Shown: positions 9,378-19,226, counted from the stretch's first letter. The stretch: DNA of 64,000 nucleotides from Paracoccaceae bacterium (GCA_963662395.1 OY759511.1:4100820-4164819); one strand, 5' to 3'. Numbers and translations: made by a program. Notes: a model not told the origin generated them from the sequence alone.

Positions 9378-10610
9378 TTAGCATTTGAAGTCTGCAGACA
9401 GGTTTATCTCGGGGGACGAGATTCTACTCCCAGCGATCATAAACCTAATCATCCGGTCGTTCTTCACCGCTTCGTGGTCGGTGAATTCGATGAATCTGTC
9501 ATTGCTGAGAATGTAGGTATCTTTCCGCCCATCAACGAGTCTTATAATGTACTCGTCTGCCTTGGTTCTAGTTGGCGATACGTAAGTTTGAACGCCATCA
9601 CCAAGCATGCGAGCTAGGTTTTGGTCGTTGGTGTTTAGCAATCCACGAATGTCCGAATCGAATACAGCCGAGATTTCGAATCGGGAAACAAGTTCCTCCA
9701 GCATTGCCCTTATTGCCACAAGACCTATAAAACTCTGCCCTTCATAGCACACATTATTCCCATCTATGACAAGCTTGGTGATGGGACGCGTAAGAATTCT
9801 TAATTCATCCTGAATTCGCCTCTCAATCTTTGTACGCTTCCTGTTCAGGCTGGAAACCTTCTCCGAACATTTCTGAGCAACCAAATGGGGTTTGCTACAT
9901 CCGAACTTCTTCTCACACTCTTGGTGAATCATTGCTCGCTCGTAACTATTTTCTGCGCCGCTCAATTTCTGGCTAAATTGTCTTGCCGCTGATTTCCGTT
10001 TTTCCGCCTTCTTGATTTCAACACAAATGGACTTCCACTCCGAATGATGTGATGAAATCGCTCTCTCAAGAGTCACGATTTCACTCTCCGTGGCCTGAAA
10101 CTTTGATTGCGCATCGGCAATGGCAGCGGACAAATCGCTCAGTTTGGCCTCGAAGTCTTTGCAGTCGAAGGTGCCATACTCTTCGATTTGCCTTGACTTG
10201 TTATCGATGTGGGATGTCAGAGCCAAACGTTGGCGTTGTAATGCTGAATAATTCTTTTCAGCGTGATCCTTTTTGAGTTCCAATTGACGAATTGTCTCAC
10301 GAATGAGTTTCTGTTTGTCTGTAAACCAGCGCCAGACCAAAAACGGCGAGGATTTTCTTTGGATTGCATCGGACAGTTTGTCTGCAATGCGGGATCGCTC
10401 GAAGTCAGCCGATGCTAGCGACGACACTAGACTGTCAATTTGCTGGGTTAGTTGAAAGACATTTTTCTTGGCCTCCTCCAAGTCGAAGCCTCTGAACCAA
10501 TCGAGTTTGGTGTCTGTTGCATTCTTTTCGGATCGTAGTCTGCCAATTTGCTGCCGGAGTTCACGTAGATTGCATTTTCTCTCGTCAATCTCCTTCAGAA
10601 AGTTGCCCAA
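9378..10610 (-). CDS. Coiled-coil protein with C-terminal NYN / Zc3h12a-like ribonuclease domain (410 aa)
   Basis: TTG start with GGAG 10 nt upstream. About 280 aa of coiled coil, then LVIDGNNVCYEGQSFIGL...VFDSDIRGLL...TKADEYIIRLVDGRKDTYILSNDRFIEFTDHEAV, which carries the acidic residues of NYN/PIN-like nucleases. Lower GC. Confidence 0.7.
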   Translation of the reverse strand: MGNFLKEIDERKCNLRELRQQIGRLRSEKNATDTKLDWFRGFDLEEAKKNVFQLTQQIDSLVSSLASADFERSRIADKLSDAIQRKSSPFLVWRWFTDKQKLIRETIRQLELKKDHAEKNYSALQRQRLALTSHIDNKSRQIEEYGTFDCKDFEAKLSDLSAAIADAQSKFQATESEIVTLERAISSHHSEWKSICVEIKKAEKRKSAARQFSQKLSGAENSYERAMIHQECEKKFGCSKPHLVAQKCSEKVSSLNRKRTKIERRIQDELRILTRPITKLVIDGNNVCYEGQSFIGLVAIRAMLEELVSRFEISAVFDSDIRGLLNTNDQNLARMLGDGVQTYVSPTRTKADEYIIRLVDGRKDTYILSNDRFIEFTDHEAVKNDRMIRFMIAGSRISSPEINLSADFKC

Positions 10611-10778
10611 GGCCTTTGCTCCATATTATGTTGTCGCTGGGGATGTCCCGACCGATGTTGAAACTCAGGTAGAGGTTGGCGTTGCTCCCCTCGAGCGCCA
10701 GGCTCGGGGTGTCAAATCCAAACAAGGAAGCAACACCATGAAAACGTCTACACCAACCACCACCCATGCCAGCACCAT

Positions 10779-12187
10779 GAGCTATTGTCAAAAGTGGTGT
10801 TCGGGGTGTCAGTCAAGCGGCGATCCTTGCTGGCTGATTGTCTGATTTATCGTCTGATGTTGCTTCCTCGACTACCTCGATACCATTTCTGAACTTCACT
10901 CCGGTGATGACCTTCCCCAGCTCCCTGAAGCCGTGCAGCCGTCTCCACCTCCCCTGAGCACACAGACCCAGCTTGAAGATCATGTGCAGCATGCCGTCAC
11001 GGGTCAGACATCCCTTTGAGCGGCTGGTCCGGTGGCGGATGGTGGCGAAGGTGGATTCGATCGGATTGGTGGTCCGGATACTCCGCCAGTGCTTGGCCGG
11101 GAAATCGTAGAAGGTCATCAATTCGTCCCGGTCCTTCTCGAGGCACCCGACCGCCTTCGGATACTTGTCCTCCCAGGTCTCGATGAAGAGATCGAACGCG
11201 GCCCCGGCATTCTTCTTCGTGTCGGCCTGCCAGATGTCGTGCAGCGCCTGCCTGGCCTTGGGCTGCACCGATTTCGGCAGGGCATTGAGCACATTTGCAG
11301 TCTTGTGCATCCAACATCGCTGATGGCGTGTCCCGGGCCAGATCTCCTCCTGTGCCGCCCAGAAGCCCATGGCGCCGTCTCCGATGGCCAGTTCAGGCGC
11401 ATTCATGCCGCGGGCCTTCAGCCCCACGAGGACCTCCCGCCAGCTCTGGGTGGATTCACGAACACCATCCTCTACCGCCAGCAGGTGCTTCTCTCCCTGG
11501 TCATTGACGCCGATGACCACCAGGCAGCAGAGCTTCGCATGTTCGGCCCTCAGCCCGCTATAGATGCCATCCACCCACGCATAGACCCAGCGATCCCTGT
11601 TCAGGGGCCTCTTGCGCCATTCCTCGTATTCCCGCCTCCAGGAGGCCTTGAGGCGGGAGACGGTGCTTGCAGACAATCCTTTCGCTTCGGGGCCCACCAG
11701 GGCCTCGAGGGCCGGGCCCATCTCGCCGGTGGAGACGCCCTTGAGATAGAGCCAGGAGACACTCGCCTCCAGCGAGCGTGACTTCCGCAGCCAGGGCGGC
11801 ACCAGGGCCGAGCGGAAGGCCACCGGCTCGCCGGCCCTGGAGCGGATCTTGGGTATGCGGACGGTGATCGGACCGATCCCGGTCTGGATTTCCCGCTCGG
11901 GCAGGTATCCGTTGCGCACGACACCGGCCCTTCCATCCTCGAGACGGCGGTCCTCGAGCCCGGCAAGCACTTCCTGAAGCTCGGCCTCCACGGCCAAGTG
12001 AACGATCTTCCTGGCCCCGGTGCGGATCAACTCTGCCAGCGGATCACGGGGCTTTGCGTGATCTGCAAGTTCGTATATATTCGTGGACATGGCGGTGTAC
12101 TCCCCGGTTGGTGTTTGTCGTGAATTCAATCAACCAGATATGCCGCCTGCCTTCAAACCCCCCGAACACCACTTTTGACAATAGCTC
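10779..12187 (-). mobile_element. IS256-family IS, copy A (1,409 bp)
   Basis: Termini GAGCTATTGTCAAAAGTGGTGTTCGGGG and its inverted copy. 9-bp target duplication CAGCACCAT at 10770-10778 and 12188-12196. Confidence 0.9.
10813..12129 (-). CDS. IS256-family transposase (438 aa)
   Basis: Intact ORF, identical at protein level to 17248-18564. Typical mutator-type blocks: WVYAWVDGIY, LCCLVVIGVN, RCWMHKTANVLN, TTNPIESTFATIRHR. Confidence 0.95.
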   Translation of the reverse strand: MNSRQTPTGEYTAMSTNIYELADHAKPRDPLAELIRTGARKIVHLAVEAELQEVLAGLEDRRLEDGRAGVVRNGYLPEREIQTGIGPITVRIPKIRSRAGEPVAFRSALVPPWLRKSRSLEASVSWLYLKGVSTGEMGPALEALVGPEAKGLSASTVSRLKASWRREYEEWRKRPLNRDRWVYAWVDGIYSGLRAEHAKLCCLVVIGVNDQGEKHLLAVEDGVRESTQSWREVLVGLKARGMNAPELAIGDGAMGFWAAQEEIWPGTRHQRCWMHKTANVLNALPKSVQPKARQALHDIWQADTKKNAGAAFDLFIETWEDKYPKAVGCLEKDRDELMTFYDFPAKHWRSIRTTNPIESTFATIRHRTSRSKGCLTRDGMLHMIFKLGLCAQGRWRRLHGFRELGKVITGVKFRNGIEVVEEATSDDKSDNQPARIAA

Positions 12188-13449
12188 CAGCACCATCGAC
12201 ACCAGAGAACTCGTTCACGAGGCCTGGGGAGATGTCGCCACCAGCTTCTTGACCGCTTCTGCGTCATGGCCGGCATCGATGCCATGAAGACCTTGATGAA
12301 TGAAGATGCGGCGACGCTCGCCGGCGAGCGTTACGAACGGGACCCGGGCAAGTCCGGCTATCGCTGGGGGCGGGCAACCGGCATGGTCGGCTTCCAGGGA
12401 GGCAGGATCAGGGTGGAGCGCCCGAGGGTGCGTGACAAGGAGACCGGGCAGGAGCTGCCACTGCCGAGCTGGCAGGAGATCCGTGATGGCGGCCATCTCG
12501 AGGAATGGGCCACATCGCTGATGCTGATGAATGTCTCCACGAGGAAGTTCCGCGGTGCGGTCCGACTTCCCGAGGCCGGGGTCCCGGACGATCCCGGCTC
12601 CGGGCTGTCACGCTCGGCGGTCTCCCGGCGGCATCGAAGCTTTGACCGAGGAGCGGTTCCATGAATGGATGTCATCGGACATCTCGGCGCTTGATCTCCT
12701 CGTCATCCAGATCGATGGCATGCACCTGAGGAGCGACCTCCTGATGGTCGGCGCCATCGGCGTCGATGCCGGCGGCCACAAGCATCCTCTCGGTGTGGTG
12801 GAGGGCGCCACCGAGAACACGGCCACGGTGCGGGCATTGGCAGGCAACCTCATCGAACGGGGTCTGGACCCGTCTGCTCACCGCCTTTTTGTCCTCGACG
12901 GCGCCAAGGCATTGAGCGGCGCCGTCAGGCGGACCTTCGGGGTGGGCACCGCGATCCAGCGCTGCCGGGGACCTGGGACGAAACATCTCCGATCGCCTGC
13001 CCGGGAGGCTGCATGCCAGTTGCTGTCAGGCGCTCCGCCAGGCCTGGGAGCTCGATGATGCAGATACCGCCGAGAGGCTGCTTCGAAACCTTGCCCGGCG
13101 CCTCGAGAAGGACGCTCCGGGTGTCTCCGGCTCCATTCTCGAGGGCCTGGACGAGATCCTGATGGCGGCCCGGCTCGGATTGCCGAAGGAGCTCAGGCGC
13201 TCCCTGGCGACAACGAACATGATCGAGAGCACCTACTCGATGGTCAGGCAGACCTGCCCGGGCGTCAAGAGATGGCGAGGCGCCGGGATGGCACTGCGCT
13301 GGACCGGAGCCGGGATGCTGGAGGCCGGCAAGCGCATGCGGCGTCTCAGGGCTTACCGGCAGCTGCCGATCCTCAGGGCTGCACTGGAGCGTCATCACCA
13401 GGATGCCGCCAAATCCACCGACATTGACCAGCACGCACGGGCGGCATAG
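12188..13449 (+). pseudogene. IS256-family (mutator-type) transposase of the host element, multiple frameshifts
   Basis: Homologous pieces sit in three frames: ELVHEAWGDVATSF, RWGRATGMVGFQGGRIRVERPRVRD, LLVIQIDGMHL...GVVEGATENTATV, TTNMIESTYSMVRQ...MALRWTGAGMLEA. The first ~13 codons (ATG 10738) lie left of the IS256 insertion. Confidence 0.7.
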
Positions 13450-13880
13450 TGATCAAATGGCGGCGTCGACCGAAGCCAGTTTCAACATCGGTCGGGACAT
13501 CCCCTTGTCGCTTCCTGATTGGGTATGCGCTCTTGCCGTTCAGCAGGCAACGCTCAGTTGAGATGAGGAGACAGGGCGCCATCATCACCATAACACCCGC
13601 AAACCCCGAATCGGTAAATAATGCGTTCGCCAGTAACCATGTTCATTGTTTTCACTCCCCTCCTTCGCCCGGACCTTCCACACCGGCGGATTGGCGAGGA
13701 GAAACAAATTGACCAGCGCACTGTGTCGTCCTCCAGCCTATGATTGAAGCGCGCGGGCGACCCAAGAAGTATGGCGTTCGGTAGTCAGTGTGCGCATGCT
13801 CTCCGTCGCCGTTGGCATGTTGGCCAAGAATTCACCCGCAGTTGGAAACATAACTCATTGCCGATGACCTGAAGCAGAAC

Positions 13881-15655
13881 TAGTGCCCGCCAGAGAACCC
13901 CCCTTGCGGCGAGCTCCAGCCCCAAATTCACCCGGCCTGACCGCCGATAATCGGCAAATTTGACTTCGATCCAGGCGATTTTCGGGCATCCGGCAGCAGA
14001 TTTGCTGCCCCAGGGCGCAATTTCGGCGGCTCCAGACAGGTCTGACCACGGGAGGAGGGCTCCCGGTCCGTTGGGGCCAGGAGCATCGCCGAATTCAGCG
14101 GATGGTTCAGGCGGCGAGGCGGTCCGTCCGGCGGGCGGTGGCCTGCTGGGCCCGGCGCAGCAGGAGCCCGATGCGGTGGATGTTCAAGGCCACCACCGAC
14201 AGCGCCACCGCGCGGGCAAAGTCGCCAGCGCCGCGGGAGCGGACACGACCCGCCCCACGGTGGCCCAGATTATTGATCGCCGATTCCACCGCCGGGTGCT
14301 TGCGGCGCATGGCCACAAACGCATCGCCAGTCTCCCGTTCCCGGTCAGCCTGATTGAGATACCCCTTCTTCGGCAGCACATTCAGGTCAAGCATCTCATC
14401 GAGCCTTGCCCGGTTCTCAGGACTATGGAAGCCGCGATCGAAACTCACTGCCCTGAGCTCGGGGAACCGTTCCTGTGCCGCCGCCACCATCGGCACCGCA
14501 TGGTCGGTATCACCGCCTTCCCACATCACCTCATGGTGCAGCACGAAGCCGTGCTCGTCCTCGAGGATGCAGACCGGGAGACCGAATTCGACCGGACAGC
14601 CGGCCTTGCCCTTGGAGATCCACCTGGTGTGCGGCTCGAATATCGAGAACACCTTCTCGCCATGCGGGATCTGCTCCTCCAGGAGCAGCCGGCGCCGGGT
14701 CTGATCTGCCTGCCGTTCGGCATGGGCGAGAAGGTCCCTGATCCTGCTGCAATTGACACCCTTCTCCTCGAGGGCGGGGAGTGTCTTGCCGGCGCGCTCG
14801 ATCAGCTGCCGGCAGCAATCCAGATACGCCGCAACATCCGGCTTGCTGGCCCGCCGGGTCCGGCGGACAGTATTGTACTGGCCCTTCACCCGGCGGGACA
14901 GATGCTTCCACTGGCGCCAGCCGGGGACATCGCTGGCGATGGCGGCCCGGCCGGTCTCGCGGATGAGGGAGCGCATGGCGTCCCAGAGGAGACTGACATC
15001 GGTGGGATAATGGACATCGGTCTTGGCGACGAAGGAATGGGCGCGCCCGGCCAAGGGCGCGCCAGGCTTGCCTCTGCGACCGCATGGCCGCTCTCCACGA
15101 TCAGTTGGTTCACTTCAACCAGCAATTCGGGACTGAGGAGGGAGACATTGTCCACCACGTTCTGCAGCTCGTACTGGTACTCGTCCCAGGCTTTCGGGTG
15201 GCCGAGGAATTGCCGCAGCGTCTGGTGCTGGTTCACCAGCTCATGCAGCCGGTCATAATCACAACCCAGACCCTGCTTGATCACGCCCATCACCAGGATG
15301 CGCCACATCTCCATTCCAGGCCGTCCGGTCTTCCGGTTGGTGCCGGGGAGGATGTGCTGGTCGAGAAGTGCAAACAGCCGCTCGCGGAACTTCGCATCGG
15401 AATAGAGGTACTACAGCCCGATCAGGAGGGCCGGGATGTCATCCCTGGATTTGGCATCCAGCCTGATCTCCTCGATGCGGATCTCGCCGAACATCTGCTG
15501 GGGATTGCGTATCTGTCGCATGCTGCCTCGTGAAGATTGGCCGAAATCGGGCTGAATTGGCGGGAAACCGGTGCATTCTCCCGATTCTTCGACTTAAGAA
15601 TACAGCATAATATCCAATTAAGTCAACAACTTAATGGGTTTTCTGGCGGGCACGA
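13881..15655 (-). mobile_element. ISNCY/IS1182-like element with decayed transposase
   Basis: Inverted termini TAGTGCCCGCCAGAGAAC (13881-) and GTTTTCTGGCGGGCACGA (-15655). Family assignment is hedged and rests on the N-terminal block below. Confidence 0.6.
14107..15521 (-). pseudogene. DDE transposase (ISNCY/IS1182-like) with an in-frame TAG and a frameshift
   Basis: MRQIRNPQQMFGEIRIEEIRLDAKSRDDIPALLIGL, then TAG (15413-15411), then YLYSDAKFRERLF...MEMWRILVMGVIKQGLGCDYDRLHELV. The frame changes near 15050-15075 into ...HSFVAKTDVHYPTDVSLLWDA...FDRGFHS. Confidence 0.7.
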
Positions 15656-15753
15656 ACTATGGGTCATGTGTGAGCAATGAAATTGGCCCGGTTCATTATG
15701 CATGACCGGACCAAGGCTGTGGTTTCTTGACGGCTGAGTGCATCCCGCCAAAG

Positions 15754-15909
15754 TTACGCGAATGCACCGAGTGACACCATGCCCACGATCAGCAGTGTAA
15801 ACATTGCCATGCCGGCTACCGCCAAGAAGCCCTTGGTTTCTGGTCCGCCGGCTATTCCGATGCCGAGAAAGGCGGAGATTGCTGCCACGATGGTGATGAG
15901 GCCCCACAT
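15754..15909 (-). CDS. Small two-helix membrane protein (51 aa), tentative
   Basis: MWGLITIVAAISAFLGIGIAGGPETKGFLAVAGMAMFTLLIVGMVSLGAFA. The ATG lies 3 nt after the stop of the upstream peptide ORF. It is below the length cutoff of the ORF track. Confidence 0.3.
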   Translation of the reverse strand: MWGLITIVAAISAFLGIGIAGGPETKGFLAVAGMAMFTLLIVGMVSLGAFA

Positions 15910-15912
15910 CGG

Positions 15913-15999
15913 TCAGGAGGCCCCTACTATAGCAACGAGCGCGATGATCGCCACGATCACGATCAGGATAAACATGGGCATCATGTGTTTCTTGTGCAT
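15913..15999 (-). CDS. 28-aa hydrophobic peptide with strong Shine-Dalgarno, tentative
   Basis: On the minus strand GGAGGAATGAAATG gives GGAGG 6 nt before the ATG. Peptide MHKKHMMPMFILIVIVAIIALVAIVGAS. Confidence 0.3.
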   Translation of the reverse strand: MHKKHMMPMFILIVIVAIIALVAIVGAS

Positions 16000-16602
16000 T
16001 TCATTCCTCCTGGTTGTGCGCTCCATGACTGCAAGCGGCACCCTCAATGCCCGTGCTGCCGTCATGATGCGGCCGAAATGCTCCTGCCTATCCCTGGATG
16101 TCGGAGACAACGAACGGGCAATCGTCGATGCCAGTGGATTGGCCTGACGTGACCTTGGTTCTCTGGACAATCTGGGGGAGAGAATCTGGTGCATTCCGGT
16201 ATGGTCTGGTCTGGGTCCTTGGTGAATGAAACGTGGTGGCAACGCGGGGCGATTTCAAGGGGCATCAAGATTAGTATGGTCATCATTGCCGAAATTGTCG
16301 GACTATAACGATCGGATGGTCCCTTCAGGAAACGGCAAGTCGACGGGTAAAGGAGTCGAGGGCGTCACACGAAGGGCAGGGTCGAAATGGAGAACTTCGC
16401 GCATGGTTGTTCCTGAAGTAGTGCAGATCCAAACCGCCGCCTGAGTGAGGGTGGCCGTCACCAGGATTCGGTCATAGCCCCCAGTGAGCACCGGCATACA
16501 GGTTCATCACACCCTTGCTGAACGATCACATCGGTCGGAACGTCAGCTTAGAAAGGGATCATCTTGATCTCACAAAGATCTGCCATTTGCTCAGAGCCGA
16601 TT

Positions 16603-16905
16603 TTCTTTGACGGCGGAGCCTCTTGCGCCATGGATGGCAAGACCATCCGCGGCGTGGTTGATGATGCAGGCCGGAAGACGCATGTGCTCGGCGCCAGCAG
16701 CAGCCATGGCGCCGCGACGCCGCTGGCGCAAAAGAAGGCCGTTCTGACCATCAAGGAAGACGGGAGTGGCACAGGGAAAAGGCCACCAACGACATCAGTG
16801 CCTTCTTCGCCACACAGGTGCCCAGGGGCCCCCGACTTTGCTGCCCAGTCACCACAACCGGCGCGCGGACGTATCGAGAAACGGGAGATCTGGATCGCGA
16901 CCGAA
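16603..16905 (+). pseudogene. ISAs1-family transposase relic with internal deletion
   Basis: AMDGKTIRGVVDDAGRKTHVLGA resembles the ISAs1 central block (AIDGKTLRG). GRIEKREIWIATEL resembles the C-terminal GRIE.R block. About 200 codons that should lie between them are missing. Confidence 0.4.
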
Positions 16906-17189
16906 CTAGCGCCTGCCGCCGCGTTTCTGGGCTTGAACCCGGCCGGGTGGGCAATTGTCGGAGGTGCCGCGGTCTTGGCGGTGACGCTTGGTTCCTATTT
17001 CACCCTCCAGACTATGCGGAAACTGAATGATGAGCGCAAGATTGGAGGACTCGATCCCATCACGCTGCTCCAGATTTTTGAGGAGGTTGAACTGCTCGAG
17101 TCAAAGTCCATGCAAAACATCCTTGAACGGCTGGGAGAAGAAATGGACAACGTATCGCTGTCTGATAATCGACAGGACGCAGTGATCGA

Positions 17190-18598
17190 GAGCTATTGTC
17201 AAAAGTGGTGTTCGGGGGGTTTGAAGGCAGGCGGCATATCTGGTTGATTGAATTCACGACAAACACCAACCGGGGAGTACACCGCCATGTCCACGAATAT
17301 ATACGAACTTGCAGATCACGCAAAGCCCCGTGATCCGCTGGCAGAGTTGATCCGCACCGGGGCCAGGAAGATCGTTCACTTGGCCGTGGAGGCCGAGCTT
17401 CAGGAAGTGCTTGCCGGGCTCGAGGACCGCCGTCTCGAGGATGGAAGGGCCGGTGTCGTGCGCAACGGATACCTGCCCGAGCGGGAAATCCAGACCGGGA
17501 TCGGTCCGATCACCGTCCGCATACCCAAGATCCGCTCCAGGGCCGGCGAGCCGGTGGCCTTCCGCTCGGCCCTGGTGCCGCCCTGGCTGCGGAAGTCACG
17601 CTCGCTGGAGGCGAGTGTCTCCTGGCTCTATCTCAAGGGCGTCTCCACCGGCGAGATGGGCCCGGCCCTCGAGGCCCTGGTGGGCCCCGAAGCGAAAGGA
17701 TTGTCTGCAAGCACCGTCTCCCGCCTCAAGGCCTCCTGGAGGCGGGAATACGAGGAATGGCGCAAGAGGCCCCTGAACAGGGATCGCTGGGTCTATGCGT
17801 GGGTGGATGGCATCTATAGCGGGCTGAGGGCCGAACATGCGAAGCTCTGCTGCCTGGTGGTCATCGGCGTCAATGACCAGGGAGAGAAGCACCTGCTGGC
17901 GGTAGAGGATGGTGTTCGTGAATCCACCCAGAGCTGGCGGGAGGTCCTCGTGGGGCTGAAGGCCCGCGGCATGAATGCGCCTGAACTGGCCATCGGAGAC
18001 GGCGCCATGGGCTTCTGGGCGGCACAGGAGGAGATCTGGCCCGGGACACGCCATCAGCGATGTTGGATGCACAAGACTGCAAATGTGCTCAATGCCCTGC
18101 CGAAATCGGTGCAGCCCAAGGCCAGGCAGGCGCTGCACGACATCTGGCAGGCCGACACGAAGAAGAATGCCGGGGCCGCGTTCGATCTCTTCATCGAGAC
18201 CTGGGAGGACAAGTATCCGAAGGCGGTCGGGTGCCTCGAGAAGGACCGGGACGAATTGATGACCTTCTACGATTTCCCGGCCAAGCACTGGCGGAGTATC
18301 CGGACCACCAATCCGATCGAATCCACCTTCGCCACCATCCGCCACCGGACCAGCCGCTCAAAGGGATGTCTGACCCGTGACGGCATGCTGCACATGATCT
18401 TCAAGCTGGGTCTGTGTGCTCAGGGGAGGTGGAGACGGCTGCACGGCTTCAGGGAGCTGGGGAAGGTCATCACCGGAGTGAAGTTCAGAAATGGTATCGA
18501 GGTAGTCGAGGAAGCAACATCAGACGATAAATCAGACAATCAGCCAGCAAGGATCGCCGCTTGACTGACACCCCGAACACCACTTTTGACAATAGCTC
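17190..18598 (+). mobile_element. IS256-family IS, copy B (1,409 bp), inverted relative to copy A
   Basis: Same termini as copy A. Its own 9-bp target duplication AGTGATCGA at 17181-17189 and 18599-18607. Confidence 0.9.
17248..18564 (+). CDS. IS256-family transposase (438 aa)
   Basis: Protein identical to 10813-12129. Confidence 0.95.
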   Translation: MNSRQTPTGEYTAMSTNIYELADHAKPRDPLAELIRTGARKIVHLAVEAELQEVLAGLEDRRLEDGRAGVVRNGYLPEREIQTGIGPITVRIPKIRSRAGEPVAFRSALVPPWLRKSRSLEASVSWLYLKGVSTGEMGPALEALVGPEAKGLSASTVSRLKASWRREYEEWRKRPLNRDRWVYAWVDGIYSGLRAEHAKLCCLVVIGVNDQGEKHLLAVEDGVRESTQSWREVLVGLKARGMNAPELAIGDGAMGFWAAQEEIWPGTRHQRCWMHKTANVLNALPKSVQPKARQALHDIWQADTKKNAGAAFDLFIETWEDKYPKAVGCLEKDRDELMTFYDFPAKHWRSIRTTNPIESTFATIRHRTSRSKGCLTRDGMLHMIFKLGLCAQGRWRRLHGFRELGKVITGVKFRNGIEVVEEATSDDKSDNQPARIAA

Positions 18599-18644
18599 AG
18601 TGATCGATGGCCAATCCTATCCTGTTGCTCGACTTAAATATATT

Positions 18645-19031
18645 ATGAACGAAGATGGCTCGGAGGAGATTCATTCTGTTTCAAGAATTGGGCGAGATAC
18701 ACCGATTTTGCAGATTAAGGAGGCAGATGAAATTGAAGTGAGTCCTTCGCAACCGGGTGATTTCATTCGTGACGCGGTTCTCAAGGCGTATGATCTTAAT
18801 GAATCCCGTGCAGCGGAGCATCTCGGATTGGATGAAGCCAAGTTTTGTGATTTGCTGGACGGAAAATTGGCGATATCTCCAGAAATAGCTCTACGTCTGG
18901 AAAAGGCCTTCGGTCTTAGCATGGACATGTTGTTGCATATGCAGGCAATACATTCTGCTGCGCAAATGCGCACGCTTGGCGACGAGATTGACGTTCAACG
19001 TTTCAATTTGAAGTTGGAGCCGAGTTGCTGA
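18645..19031 (+). CDS. XRE/HigA-type HTH antitoxin-like protein (128 aa from the first ATG; frame is open further upstream)
   Basis: PGDFIRDAVLKAYDLNESRAAEHLGLDEAKFCDLLDGKLAISPEIALRLEKAFGLSMDMLLHMQ matches the HigA HTH consensus. Lower GC. Confidence 0.55.
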   Translation: MNEDGSEEIHSVSRIGRDTPILQIKEADEIEVSPSQPGDFIRDAVLKAYDLNESRAAEHLGLDEAKFCDLLDGKLAISPEIALRLEKAFGLSMDMLLHMQAIHSAAQMRTLGDEIDVQRFNLKLEPSC

Positions 19032-19200
19032 ACTTGTTTTCTTTGCCTGGCGGTTGAGGGACGTAGGATAACAGGATGGCGGCGGGATTGCGGATGCCGC
19101 CGCCGGTGCTCATAGGGAGGAGAAATCATGCCTGCCTTCGGGCAATATCCGCATTCGCCAGGAGCAGAAGCAGGCAATGATTGGCCTGCCTGGCTTCCGT

Positions 19201-19226
19201 GGGAATGTCCCGACCAATGTTGAAAC
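19201..19226. repeat. Solo terminal repeat of the 10639-13504 IS256-type element
   Basis: GGGAATGTCCCGACCAATGTTGAAAC differs from GGGGATGTCCCGACCGATGTTGAAAC at 2 positions. No adjoining transposase homology. Confidence 0.4.

Larger units (their letters stand above)
10639..13504 (+). mobile_element. Decayed IS256-family (mutator-type) element, split by IS256 copy A
   Basis: Inverted repeats GGGGATGTCCCGACCGATGTTGAAAC (10639-10664) and its reverse complement (13479-13504). The transposase reading frame is interrupted after about 13 codons by the 1,409-bp IS. Confidence 0.7.

Noticed and set aside
9279-9617. 112-aa + strand ORF
   Set aside because: It lies antisense within the 3' part of the well-supported NYN-domain gene and has no motif or start signal.
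10779-18598. Composite transposon formed by the two IS256 copies
   Set aside because: Each copy has its own distinct 9-bp target duplication (CAGCACCAT versus AGTGATCGA). No shared duplication flanks the pair. The DNA between them is mostly other IS debris.
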